Position numbers and translations under genes: made by a program
Origin: Prorocentrum cordatum
Taxonomy: Eukaryota
DNA: 53,849 nucleotides
Assembly (NCBI GenBank): GCA_963575745.1
Contig: CAUYUJ010000285.1
Span: forward strand, 62,001-115,849
Direction of reading: 5' to 3'
Notes under the pieces: generated by a model
Told to the model about the DNA's origin: nothing
Databases searched by the model: none
The model's input: only the letters and a program-made list of their open reading frames with translations
Shown here: positions 1 through 14,849 of the stretch, one piece after another
Position numbering within the stretch: position 1 is the stretch's first letter
How the letters are laid out: the number at the start of each line of letters is the position of its first letter

Positions 1-139
1 GGGGAGAAGGAGGATTTTTTTGATTTCCGCGCGGGTGATCGTCTGCCGAACACTCCTGCCCGTGGCGCCGAAACGACGAGCGAGGGGCCCGAAGGAGGGC
101 CGAAAGAAGCGAGGGACGGACCAGGACCCGAACAGAGCC

Positions 140-370
140 GAGCAGGAGGACGAGGGGGAGGAGGAGGAGGACGAGGGGGAGGAGGAGGAGGAGGAGGAGG
201 AGGGGGAGGAGGAGTGAGGAGGAGGAGGGAGGAGGAGGAGGAGGAGGAGGAGGAGGAGGAGGAGGAGGAGGAGGAGGAGGAGGAGGAGGAGGAGGAGGAG
301 GAGGAGGAGGAGGAGGAGGAGGAGGAGGAGGAGGAAAAGGAGGAGGAGGAGGAGGAGGAGGAGGAGGGGA
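140..370. repeat. (GAG)n microsatellite
   Basis: Direct. Confidence 0.95.
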
Positions 371-964
371 CTGTGGCCGTGGCGGTCGTCCACCGGTCCG
401 CCAGGAGGAGCAAGGAAGGATGTGCCACCCACCCGCGCGCGCGCGGGGAGGAGAGGCTTCACCGAAGAAGACTCTAGCTGCCCGTTGTCAGAGAGGATTG
501 TTCTGTGCAACCTTACAAGTGCAGGAGGTTGCCCGAGCGGCGTCACTCTTCGAAGCGCCTCGGCCACGCGAAAAAAATAGGGGGCACCGACTGGATTGGG
601 GGAAGCGGGGGCCGGGGTAGCAAGAGGCTGCCAAATACCAAACTGTATAAAAAACGACTGTCGATACTGGCTCCTCTGACAGATTGACAGGGTCTGGGGA
701 TGACTGGGTTCGAGGATGCATGGCTGAGAGTTGCGCCCCCTCTTGGCAGAGCCTAAGCGGGCATATATTGTTTTATCCAGCGGCTTCCGGAAAGTGCAAG
801 CCTCATCAGTCCAAGGGAGGAGACTTGAGCCTACTCAATCCCACCAGCCCTCTGGGCGTAGGTGGTCTAGGGAGGCTCCTTTTCCAACCCCCTTTTCCCC
901 CTTCATAGGTTACCACCGTTCCCTATTTATAAACACCCCCTCCCCCACCCGGCCGGCAGCCAAC

Positions 965-1935
965 CCGGAACCATGTGCACACTATGAAGGCCCCCCCCGC
1001 CATCCCTTTCAAAAAACAATACACAACGCACTCTGCCTCCAAAATCGGGGCATGCGCAACCAACCCGATGCGGGCCCCCCCACCATCCCTGTCAAAAACA
1101 ATACACAATACACTTTGGGGCAAAGTCCGGAATCATGTTCGTGAGGCCCGCGGGCACTTTGTATCGTTTGTCAACAGGGACGGCGGGGGTGTCAGCATAT
1201 TGCCTGCTGCGCGCAGGGCTATCATCCCTGTTAAACACACCATACAAAATGCACCTCGCGGCTAAATGTGGATAGTGCGCGGCCACCCCGCGATCATTGC
1301 CAAGTGGTTTTTGTCAGGGACGGCGGGGGTGGTGGCGTATGGCCTGCTGTGCGCAGGCCCACCATACAAACTGATGGGCAATGGATTTCGACAGGGATGG
1401 TGGGGCCCGACATGTTCCCCGATGTGTGCTGTCACGTGCGCAGGCGCACCTGACAAACTCTGCACGTGCCCCGGACGTGGCTGGAGGGAACATCAGGCGC
1501 ACCAGGCGTGCCTAACACGCTCGGGCCCCAGGGGTGCCTGGCGCGCGTGGCACCAACGGCACGCGTGGCGTGCCTCGCCCCAACGTCGCACACATGGGTT
1601 CGGTTTTGGTTCCCAATAGTTGTCCATCAGAAAAACGGCCGCGGAACATGCTGAGGCTCGGGTGTTACCTGTGTGCTGGGAGGGCTGGTGGGGGTGAGCT
1701 TGACGGCTTGCTATCTGGAGGGTGCCTTGATCACTGTTCCCTATTAGTAAACACTTACTCCCCCAGGGGACTGGTAGCCAACCAGGAACCATGAAGGCCC
1801 CCCCCCCCACCAACCCGTCGCAAAAAAAACAAACATGCAAAACACACTCTGCTTCCAAATTCGGAGCATGCGCAGCCAAACCGATGCGGCGTCCCCCCAC
1901 CATCCCAGTCAAACAACAATACAGAATACACTTGG
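965..1935. repeat. Diverged local duplication (965-1115 vs 1785-1935) with inverted sub-copies
   Basis: Shared aaggcccccccc...gcatgcgca...ccaccatccc.gtcaaa.aacaatac; inverted cagggacggcggggg copies between. Confidence 0.6.
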
Positions 1936-3179
1936 CGGCGGCGGCGGCGGCTGGAGCGGCGGCGGCGGCGGCGGCGGCGCGGCGGCGGCGGCGGAAACGG
2001 CGGCGGCGATTTGGCAGCGGGGGCGGCGGGCGGCGGCGGCGGCGGCGGATTCGCACCCGGCAGCTCCATCCAAAGACGACAGCTGCATATGCTGAGGTTC
2101 GGGCCAGACTCGGGTGCGACGTATGTGTTGGGAGGGCGGGCGGGAGTGAGCGAAACGGCTTGCGGGCGGGGAGGGAATCTTGACCCTTACTTCTTATGAT
2201 TAAACACCCCCGACCCCCCCTAGCCCCTAGCCGGCCGAAAGCAACCCCGCCGTCCGAACTGTCAAAGAACAGTTGAAACTCATTTTTTTCCTCGCCAACA
2301 TGTCGTCGAACTTCGAAAAATGCAGCAGGAATGGGACGGAATGAACGTCGCTTGGGTGGCCTAAATGGGTGGTCGCGTCCCGACAACGTGGACTGTCTCG
2401 TCGTCGACGCTGCGAAAACTGTAGCAGGAACGGGACGCGGCGCACATCGCGCGCGGACGCCTGGCCAACCCTACGCGGGACCCCCCGTCCTACCTGGCAA
2501 CAAACACCGCAACGTCGACGTTTTTCTTGCCAACATGTACTTTCTCCTCGTCGGCGCCGCGAATCGCGTAGCGGGAATGGGACGCGGCGCAGATCGCGCG
2601 GGGACGCGTGCTCGTCAACGTGGACTTTCTTGTCGTCGACGCTGCGGCCCGTCGGGTTGAGGAGCTGAGCGGGCGGCACGTCATAATGCTTGAAGCAAGT
2701 GCGGTTCGCCGCCGGCGCGCCCGTTGTCGTGTCCACGTAAGAGACCTCTCTCCCTCCCCTCCTCCTCCTCCTCGTCCTCCCCCTCCTCCATGCGCGGCAG
2801 GAGCGATAAGATTGGCGGTGCAACGCGCGTGGCTGGAATGAGACGCGGCGCACTTCGCGCGCTTGACATGTTGTCGCCGACGGTGCAACATGACAGGCCG
2901 GAGCGGGGCGCGGCGTACATCGCGCGCGTCCTTGTTTCTCGTCGACGTTACTCAATACGCGGCAGGAATAGGACGCAGCTCATGTCGCGCGCTGAACGTC
3001 TACCCGCCCACGATATAAGATGAGCGACAGGCGTCGGACGCGACGCACTTGCTTCTTTTTTTGTGGGGGGGCGGGTGGGAGTGGACGGAGCCCTTTGGTT
3101 CGTTCGAGCTGGCTAACTTGACCCGTCTCCCTACCCCCTCCCCTGGACCTAGACGGGGGTGGTGGTGAGGGGGTTGGAG

Positions 3180-3715
3180 CGTCTAAGATGGCCCAAGACG
3201 GCTCCAAGAGGGCCTCGGAGAGCCCAGGATGACCTCCAAGATGGCTCAAGATAGCCCAAGATGCCTCAAGATGGCTCCAAAGATGCTCCTGGAGGCCCCA
3301 AGAACGCTCCGTGACGGCTCCAAGTGGCCAAAGAGCTCCCCAATGAAGCCCCGAAAAAGCCAAAATCCTTACAAAACCAAGAAAATCAATGATGCTTGCT
3401 TTCTCGCCTTTTCGTTTCCGATGGCCATCCGAGGTCTCAAGACGGCTCCAAGGTGGCCGAAGAGGGCCCTAAGAGAAGCTCAAGAGAGGCCCAAGACGGC
3501 CCCAAGAGCGCCCAAGAGCACTCCAAAAGCGCCCCAAGAGGCGATGTTTGGGGCTTCCGAGGGGGGAGGCTCATTGAAGCTCCCATCTTTTTTGATCGAT
3601 GTCCTCCAAGATGGCCCCCAAAGCGCCCCTCAAGTTCCCAAGAGCGCCCCAAGAGGGCTCCACGAGGTGCCCAGACGGCCCCAAGAGGCGCCCAAGAGGC
3701 ATCCAAGAGGCTCTC
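3180..3715. repeat. Degenerate ccaagacgg/ccaagagg satellite-like repeat
   Basis: Many ~9-11 bp units; the same family recurs at 14850-16250. Confidence 0.8.
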
Positions 3716-4449
3716 AAATAAAAAACCATGCAGGCTGCAAGAGGCTCTCGCAAAGCGTCAAGAATTGCACTAGGTGGGGACAGTCATCCGCGATCTCCCA
3801 TGGTGGTTGCACACGGGACGATAGCCCCGGGGCCACCAGAGCCTGCCCCCTACGAGTCGGGGCCCCAATGTGTGGGCTCAGTGCCCTGCTGGTGGACTTG
3901 AAGGGAACTGAGACACACAAATAAATACACACAAATAAACATATCCCCCATATTTTCCCATATTTTCTGGGTTTTGTCTTCCCCCTCACTTCCCATATTT
4001 TCCCATATTTTCTGGGAATCGACGATTAATCGTGTCTGTGTGTTTTTCCCCCTCCTGAGGACTGCACGTCTGCTGCCAGTATTGCCTCTGTTGCCTGGAG
4101 GGCCACCGTCGCAACCGTGCCGTGGAACGCCTGTGAAGGCGGCGGGGTGACCGCCCAGGAGTCCGCCGACCGCCGCTCGCTGGGGGTGACGCGGCGTGTG
4201 AGACATTTGGCGCCGCAGCGCCGAGGCATCGCCGATGCGGCTCGCGGTGGGGCTCAATGTTTGTTTTCCACGCCGACGTCGCCGATGCGTCGCCCACGTC
4301 GACGATGCATCGCCGGTGCATCGCCGGTGCATCGCCGATGCATCGCCGACGTCGGTCGGTGCGGCGGCGGCGGCGGGTCGACCGGCGCTTGCCGGGGGTC
4401 CCCTCCCCCAGGGCACAACATCGCGTGTCGGGGCCAGGCTCCTTAACGC

Positions 4450-5015
4450 ACCTCCTCCTCCTCCTCCTCCTCTTCTTCTTCTGCGTTTTCTTATTGTGTT
4501 CCTTATTATTCTTGTTATTATTCCTATCATTATTACCATTATTCGTATTGATCGTATTGTTATTGTTATTATTATTAATAATAATATTATTTTTATTTTA
4601 TTATTATTATTATGATTATTATTATTATTATTATTATGATTAGTATTAATATTATTATTATTACTACTACTACTACTACTATTAGTATGATTCTTATTAG
4701 TATTGTTATTACTAGTAGTATTATTATTACTATTATTATTATTATCATCATTGACATTATCATTATCATTATTACCATTAGTACCATTCGTATTCGCCTT
4801 TTTCCTCTTACTATGATTCGTATTCGCCTTATTCTCCTCCTCCTCCTCCTGCTCCCAGGTGTGGAGGGTGGGGTGCACGATGCGCGCGGTCCGGGAAGGC
4901 CCGCACGGAGGCGGGGCCGGCAGGCGCACGGAGAGCGGCCTCGGAGGGAGGAGGAGGAGGAGGAGGAGGAGGAGGAGGAGGAGGAGGAGGAGGAGGAGGA
5001 GGAGGAGGAGGAGGA
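4450..5015. repeat. Degenerate (ATT)n tract with flanking (TCC)n and (GGA)n
   Basis: Direct. Confidence 0.9.
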
Positions 5016-5687
5016 AGAGGCCGACGCCGCAGGCCAGGAGAAGGCAGGGCCAGGGAGGGCCGGCCGCCGAGGACGCACTCGGCGCGCCCGGGCGGGAAAG
5101 CAGAAGGGGGTACCCATCGGTCGGAAGAAGTACACCCTGCGAAATGCTTAAGAAATCATGGGTGAAGAAATTCATAGTCCCAGAACTTGAATAAAACCCA
5201 AAACTTCTATCAAACTCTTGGGATTCACATTGAAACATTAAGAATAATCGAGACTCTGGCCGAAAACTTGGGTTTTCTTAAGCATCGCTTAAGGTGTAGG
5301 TAGAAACAAAAAGTAGGAAGGCGTTGGAAATGGATTGGGTTTCCGCCCGCCTCCTGAAGAGAGGAAGGAGGAGGGAAAACCACTCGACTCTTGAAGTAGG
5401 AAGGCGCTGAAAGTAGATTGGAATCTGGGAATCCAAAAATACCTACTTTCAACGACCGGTGGGTACAGTCGGCCTTGATTGGACAGGACACGCGAGAGGA
5501 CACAGGACCCTTCCGAGGGCCACAGCGCCCTGGGAGTGTCAGAAGGCACGCGTCGCGAGGCACGGGACACAGGGGTACCCTTGAGCTGGCGGGGTCGACC
5601 TGCTAATGCAGGCCGCCTGTAAGTTCGACGCTTTCTGACGCGTTCGCCTGTTGCCAGAAGCTTTCCAGCCTCGGGGTGCTTTCCAGC

Positions 5688-5868
5688 CTGGGTAGTCGAA
5701 GCCAATCTGGCGCCAATCTGGCAGGCCCAATCTGGCAAACGGGGGCAATCTGGCGAGGGAGCCAACGCGAATCCAGTCTGGCGAATAACCCAAATCCTCC
5801 AGTTTGGCCAGGCCAGATTGGGCCGCGGAGCCCAATCCAATCTGACAGTCTGGCCTTCGACTACCCAG
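5688..5868. mobile_element. 181-bp MITE-like element
   Basis: 14-bp TIR ctgggtagtcgaag / cttcgactacccag; 5-bp direct repeat ccagc at 5683-5687 and 5869-5873; internal caatctggc repeats. Confidence 0.7.
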
Positions 5869-5909
5869 CCAGCACCTGCGCCTCGCCGCCGAGGGGCCGC
5901 CGCCGCCGC

Positions 5910-6075
5910 AGGAGGGGGAGGAGGAGGAGGAGGAGGAGGAGGAGGAGGAGGAGGAGGGGGAGGAGGAGGAGGAGGAGGAGGAGGAGGAGGAGGAGGAGGA
6001 AGGAGGAGGAGGAGGAGGAGGAGGAGGAGGAGGAGGAGGAGGAGGAGGGGGAGGGGGAGGAGGGGGAGGAGGAGG
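5910..6075. repeat. (GGA)n microsatellite
   Basis: Direct. Confidence 0.95.
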
Positions 6076-7869
6076 GGTGCCAGGATCGCCCCGAGCGGCC
6101 CCCGGCGGCCCGAGTTATGACCCGAATGCCAAAAGTCGGCGGCGCACCCAAGAGGGGGGGGGGAGTGGGCCTCCTCAGAGGCTCAAGAGATGGCCTTCTC
6201 GGGGATGGACAGACCTCCCTTTGGGAAAACGTGGTTTAGTGAAAACGACCTCGGGCCCAAACGTGGCGGGCGCAAGCCTGGAAAATAACGGCCACGGCGC
6301 CCTCTCGAAAACCGAAGACGGACAATTCACTAATCGACGTGTCACTATTGGGGGTTCTGTCCACCCCCGACCTTGTGAGAAGCATCCTGAGCCTCCCCGA
6401 AGTCCCGCCGCCTTCCGAGAAGGCATGCCCCCTCCGTCACCTCCGCCTCGGCGCGCCAGGTTGACGACGGGCAACGATGCGGGGGGACCAGCTGAGGGGG
6501 GGCAACCGTGGACCTGGAATCGCCGAAACTAGGGAGCCCGCATAAAGGGTACGCGCCCAACCACGTACATGAACACGGCCCCCCGATCCGCCGCAAAATA
6601 TGAGCGCTCGCGCGATGCGTACTATCGAAACCACATGACGTGGATTCCTGCGCGTGGCTTGCGCTCCTGAGATGCATCGCCGATGGATCGGTGGTGCCCG
6701 ATGGCGAATGCGAACGCTCCCGGGTGGGGCGGGCCCTCGGGCCCCAGCGGCGACCAACGGGCGATTTCGGGGTCGATACACTCTTCCCTGAGCCGACTTA
6801 CAGTCGGACCTAGGCCAGAAGAACATCCTTCAAGAACATGAGACCCCCCGTCGGCCAAAACTAACAGAACATCCAAGGGCACCCTCCCCAGGAGGCACAA
6901 GAACACCCAACAAACACGAAGAACACGAGGGTAACCTCCCCGAACCAACCTCGATCTTATACCTCGGACCGACTGTATGTCCGATGGGAAACGATCCCAC
7001 CAAACACAAATCACCGGGCGCCCCCCCAGGACATCCCGGACAACCCATGCTGATCCACGACGACAAAGCGACCTACCCTGGCCAGTCCCTTGGACAGACC
7101 GGCCGGGACCTGGACAACCCCGCCAGACAACCCCTCTGTGGACAAGCCTCCCCGGGATTTTTTCCAACAAATATAATTACTGCCCTCCCTTGTGATCCTC
7201 GTCGCTCAATTTTCGGATCATAGCCCCGTCTCCGGCGGCCGTCCGGGACGATCCGGGCACCCTTGGAGCGCTCTCCGCGAGGCGCGGCTGCTGTAGAGCA
7301 CCCCGAGGCCGGAAAGCCGCCAGGAAACTCGAAAAACGCATGAAAAACTCGAAGACGTCCACCACCACCCCGCGAAACGCCTGAAGACATCAAAAACGTC
7401 CCCCAACCCCCCGCCCCTAAGGTTGCCCCTGGGAGGGGAGGCGCTCCGAGCCGCCCTCCCCCGCGCGGGCGCCTCGCCCGGAGGCGCTCCTGCGACGTCG
7501 CTGCTGGAAGCCGCTCGGTCCGGCGCCTCCTGGCGAGCACGGTACCCCACGGCCGTCATCTCGAGGCCTCCCAGTTGGGTCGAAGTACATCGATGGGGTC
7601 GGAGGATCGAGCCGCAGCGGCGATGCATCGCCGATGCATCGGCGACGTCGGCGATGCACCGCCGACGTCGGCGTGGAGAGAGTCGGGCTCCACATTGAGC
7701 CGCACCCCCGAGGCATAGTCGATGTAGCGCGATCCTCCGACCCCATCTACTCTGGCACGCGTCCTCACCAACATGTCGAGGCGGATCAGACCGCGGCGAC
7801 CGTAAACGCCCTCAGAGGCCCAGAGAAAGGCGAAAATAGTAGTGCCGAAATGCTTGGGGCGAAGGTCGA

Positions 7870-9615
<1,746 letters not shown>

Positions 9616-10689
9616 CCATCGCCGCGGCAGGCCCGTCCCAACGCCTGCGCGAAGGGGGGTCTTGGGGACACTGCCGCCGCTCGGCCTCGCTAGACTCTGG
9701 GCTCAGCGGTTCCAAAACCATGTTCCACAAGTGGGAGCTCAAGTAGGGGCCTCCTAGTTGGGGTCCGAGTACATGGGGTAGGAGGATCGCGCCGCATCGT
9801 CAATGCATCACCGATACATTGGCCATCCATCGGCGATGCTGGCGTGGAGAACATCGAGCTCCGCATCGAGCCGCATCGTCGATGCATCTTCCACGCGGCA
9901 CGATCCTTCTACCCCATCTATACTCTGACCCCACCTGGGAGGCCTGGATCAAACCGGCAAGCCCCTGAGTCGAGCACACGCCAACATGGATTGCGGATCC
10001 GTGGACCTGGCGCGTGGACGCCAAATCCACGGATCCGAGAAGACGCTCCCCGAACCGTGGGGCCAAGGCCGCCTCACTAGGCGACGGCGCGCGCCGGTTG
10101 CGTAAAATCGGAGCTCGACCACAAGGAACCTTCCACAAGAAACCCAACCCTGGGACCCCAGGAAGTCCATTGATTCTTGGTGTGGGAACGTCACGCTTTC
10201 CATCGCAAAAGCATCGAAACCCAAGAAACCCAGGGGACCCTGGAGGCAAGCGGGGTGTTTCTTGGCACTGGTTTCCACTGTGCGGGAACGGGATCCGCCA
10301 CTAACCCATGCCCCCTAGTCCATGTTTGCGCTTCCTCGACTGAAGAAGATCAGCGAGAGAACACACGAATGTAAGGAGATCTTCGCACGACCCAGCACGC
10401 TCTTGCAAGAGCCTGCCCAGCTCACCCCGCCTTCCCCGCAGAGCACCTCACTGTGCGCAGTCCCCAAGTTTAGATGTTTGTTTTGGGACCTTCCGGGAGC
10501 CACGCGGTCCGTTCATGCGTCGATGCTGCGTCGAACGCCCGTCGGCAGGAGTCGATCTTGAGCCGAGCTGGAGTCGAGCTAGAGTCGAGCCAGAGTCGAG
10601 CTAGAGTCGAACTGGAGTCGAACTACATTCGAACAAGACACGTTAAGTGGCCCCAAGCAGGTCCCCCTGAGGAACGCCTGACCCTACTC

Positions 10690-10945
10690 TTCGCATCCTC
10701 GTCCTCATCATCATCCTCCTCTTCGTCCTCCTCCTCCTCCACACCGTGCTTCTCCTCCTCCTCCTCCTCGTCCTGCACACCGTCCTCCTCCTCCTCCTCC
10801 TCCTCCTCCTCCTTCTCCTCCTCCTCCTCCTCCTCCTCCTCCTCCTCCTCCTCCTCCTCCTCCTCCTCCTCCTCCTCCTCCTCTCTCTTCTTCTCCTCCC
10901 TGTCATCCTCCCTGTCCTCCTCCTCCTCCTCCTCCTCCTCTTCAC
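10690..10945. repeat. (TCC)n microsatellite
   Basis: Direct. Confidence 0.95.
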
Positions 10946-11489
10946 TAATTCCCATCTCCTTCCACCTCTCCCCCTCCCTTCTGCCGACCGCCAGACCCAG
11001 GGCGGGAAGGTGGCGTCACTGGACTGGCCCCCGCCTCCTGCTGCTGACGCCGTTGCCGCCGCCGCCGCCGCCCGATGCCTCTCCAGTGCCCGCCGCTCCG
11101 TTGTATATTGTCCTCCTCCTCCTCCTCCTCCTCCTCCACTTCCCTCTCCTCCCATCTTCGTCCGCCTCCTCCCTCTCTATTAGTTTCCCCGACCCCCCCT
11201 CCCTCCCTCCATTCTCCTCCTCGTCTCCATCCACTTTAAGATCGAGCACGCTCTCTGCGAAGCCCCGCGGTGAACAACAAGAACCTCCTCCTCCTCATCT
11301 TCCTCCTCGTCCTCCTCCTCTTCCTCCTCCCCCCGATGAGCTTATACTGCTGCTGTCTCTGCTCCATCCATTTCCCTTTATAAGTTACTCCTGTTCGTCG
11401 CACCACCAGGCGTGTCAACAGGGCTGGCCAGCTGTTTCGCATGACATCCTCGCCATTGTTGACCTGGAAGCTTGATATGTGCAGCAATT

Positions 11490-12190
11490 GTACGGATGGA
11501 GAGCGCGACCTCTTCAACATGCGGCTCTCCCCTTAGGACTGCGCACTTTCGTCCGAAAAGTGTGCGACACTGTCACGGCTGAAGGGCGGGTGGTGTTCAA
11601 AATGTGGCTGTCGCCTCAGCGCCGCGCACATCCGTCTTCGAAATGCGAAGCAACTGTACGGATGGAGGGCGTTTCGTTTCAACGTGTGGCTGTCGCCTTA
11701 AGCGCCGCGCACAACTTCGTCGTACGAATCTGTGGCAGCTTCGCGGAGTGAGGGCGGAACCTCTTCGAAACGTGTGGCCCTCGCTGCAGCCTGCCGCGCA
11801 CAGTCGCCCCGATACAATCGGGGCGTTGACCTAAGGAACCCTAAATAAGGAACGAGCCCCCTTGTTTCCATAAGTTAAGCTTCGAATTCCGATCGAAGAC
11901 CTAAGGAAGACCTAAGTCGAGCTGCAAAACAACTAAGGAACACTGAGCCCCTGCCAAACGAAAAGGAATCCTTCTTCAGAGCCCCGACTGCAGCTTGCGA
12001 CAGGTTCACGGATGGAGGGCGGGCGACTTTCAACATGCTGCTCCAGCCCCGCGGACGTTCGTCCTCAAAGCTTGCCGCCGCTGCAGGGATGGAGGGCAGC
12101 TCCTTACCAGAGCGTGGCTGTCGCCTCAGCTCAGCCCCTCCTCGCCTTGCACCTCTGCAGCCGCTTTCTAAGGAGTCGTGTGGCCGAAGT
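11490..12190. repeat. Diverged ~65-80 bp tandem repeat (cggatggagggc...gtggctgtcgcctcagc)
   Basis: About 5-6 recognisable copies. Confidence 0.6.
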
Positions 12191-12552
12191 CCCAGGCATG
12201 CTATGCTGGCGCGGCCTGGGTCTGTCAGGGCGCAGCAGCCACGCTGATTCGCGGTGATGAAGTCCCAAGAATGGCGTTCTGGTGCGATTCGGGATTGCCA
12301 AAGCATTATTCCCACGTTGATCCGCGGCGTCGGAACCCGAGGAACGCTGTCTTGCCACGATGGAAGATTCTTAAACGGTTGTCTTCTAATGGGCCACTTC
12401 CCGCAATGACATTAAATTATGTCAGGGACCTTCCGTTGATGCGTCTTGGATTCGCGCCTGCCCTGCTCCTCCCCCCTCTTCCTCCCCGCCCCTCTTCCTC
12501 CCAACCCCGGTTCATCCCCACCCTTCTTTACCCCCGCCCCTGGTCCTCCCAA

Positions 12553-12760
12553 GAGCCTGTTTTTCTTTGGATTCGGGCAAGTTTACTTGCATGGACGGGG
12601 GGGGGGGCTGAGTCTGAAGCAAGCCGAAAACAATTCGACGTGCGGAAATCACGCAAGTCGAAAGGCGCTTGCACGCTCGTGTTCGATTGAAGAGGGGCGA
12701 GGGGGGGGGGGGCGAACGCCATGCAAGTAAGCTTGCTTGGATATAAAGAAAAACAGGCTC
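12553..12760. mobile_element. 208-bp MITE, possibly PIF/Harbinger (Tourist)-like
   Basis: ~42-bp imperfect TIRs starting gagcctgtttttcttt / aaagaaaaacaggctc; 3-bp direct repeat caa on both sides. Confidence 0.72.
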
Positions 12761-14849
12761 CAACCCCTTTTCATACCGACCCCTCTTGCTCCCCGCTCCT
12801 CTACCTCCCAACCCCTTTTCATCCTGGTCCCTCTTCCTCTTCGCCTCTCGCCCTCCCCTCCCCTCTTCCTCCCCTCCCCCTTCCGCCCCATCTCCCTCTG
12901 TCTCTTTCGGCGACGTTCAGGACTCAGGAGGAAACCCTGATCGGGGTCAGGCCAATAGTCGCATCGAGATCCAAGCGAAGTCCGCCTGGCTGCCATCGTT
13001 GATCCCTGCCCAGGACCCCCCCAACTGGCCAGCTCTGCGCGCACACGCCAGACACGCGCACTCCAAAACACTCCGCTGCGTCACAGAGACGCCCCAGGTC
13101 CTGCGGTCGTCCGGCGCGGCGCGTCCCCCTGCGGGGCGCCGTGGGCCTCCGATGAGGCCCCGAGGCCCCGACTGGGCCTCCGTGGGCCTCGGCGGCGTCT
13201 CGGCGGCGACTTCTCGGTGGGGTCTCGGTCGGTGGGGCCCCGGCAAAAGTCTCGCTGGGATCGCGGTGGAGTCTCGGTAAAGGTCTCGGCGGGGTCTCGG
13301 AGGTCTCGGCGGGGTCTCCGCGGGGCCTCGGAGGGGTCGGGGTCTCGGTGGGGTCCAAGGGGGGGAGGGGCAGCTCACCTTGGTGGTGGTGCAGCGATGG
13401 GGTCCTGAGGGATGGGGCCACGAGAGCGAGGGGCCTCAACCAGTGCAAGTCCAAGCTTGGGCCTCGTCCCTCAGGGTCCCATGCTTGAGCCGCCGATCGC
13501 CCCTCTGCGCCTCGTGGGAGGGCGGCGGGGTGCAAATCACCGCGGCGAGCCCGCGGCTTGCACACCGCCGCGCTCCCTGAAGGAGCTGGGGTGCCCGTGC
13601 ACGACTGCTCGCGGCGTGCTGGCCCCTCGGGGGGCCCGCGAAGAGCCTTCCCCCCGGCAGCTCGGCCGTGGCACGCTGGGCCGGGGCGGCGCGCCTTCTT
13701 GCAGGCCCAGCCGACGCGCGACCTCAGCTCGGCCTCGGCGGCCTCCCCGGCCCACCGGACGCCCAGGAGGGGAGGGAGGTGCTGGCGGATGGCCTCGAGG
13801 TCGGGGGCGCGCAGACACGGATTGGCGATCCGTGGACCTGGCGCGCGGCCGCCAAAGCCGTGGATCGGGGGAGGTGCCCTCCCCCAAAATGCAGCCGGTG
13901 CCGCCTCGCTCGGCGGCGGAAATCTGGCGATCTCCCATGGAGACGGGACGCGTCGCCAATCCACGCCCCCTCGATCCATGTGTTCGATCGCCTGACTTCG
14001 CTGCCCCGGAGCCCTCCCTCACCATGGCCCCCTTCCCCTCTCTGCTCCAGCCCCTTCCCTCCCTCTCTCTTCGCGCGATCGGACCTCCCAGAGAGGTTCA
14101 GCGGCTGATGCAAGAGGGTAGGAGGAGGAGGCGGAGGAGGAGGAGCAGGAGGAGGAGGAGGAGGCGGAGGAGGAGGAGCAGGAGCAGGGGCAGGAGGAGG
14201 AGGAGGAGGAGGAGGAGGAAGAGGAGGAGGAGGAGCTGCGACTCGTCGCCCGAGCTTCCCCGAGCGGGGCGCTCTCCCCCTCGGGCTCTGACCCTCGGGA
14301 GAGCTCCCCTTCGCCGCTTCGCCGCAGGAGGAGAGCACCGGCGCCCGGGACGCACATCCAGGGACGGAGGGAGGGAGGCAAGGGAGGGACGGAGGGAGGG
14401 GAGAGGCCGGGAAGGGACGGAGGGAGGGAGGCGAGAGGCCGGGGAGGGGAGAGGCCAGGGACGGAGGGAGGGGGGGACCAGGGAGGGTCATGAATCCTGT
14501 GGACAGCTCCTTGCGCACAGTGCCTGTGGCCGCGCGGCACCACCGAGGCGCGAAATAATGATCCGCCGCCGTGCCTGCACGGAGTGGGCGCGTTAGAACC
14601 TGGGCCGGCACGGGAACGGAAAGAGCGGGTCCGTGGACCGCACATGTCACACGGTCTCGGGGGTTCGGCGGCCGTTTACGCGGCAGCGATTTGGACATAC
14701 GGATTGCCATGCATGCTTGTTGGAGCAAGCTGGGGTGCGAGTCGCGGTAAAACGGCCGCCGTGGTGATCGGAGTTGTTATGTCACCGTCAGCTCCGAGGA
14801 GCCTTGGAAGTCAGAGCGTTTGACGGCACGGTTCGCTCTGGTGAGGCCT

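Noticed and set aside
10552..13495. ggctcaag matches (minus strand ~10558 and ~13485; also inside ccaag satellites) as SL relics
   Set aside because: Only the 3' octamer matches, within repeats, and no credible ORF follows.
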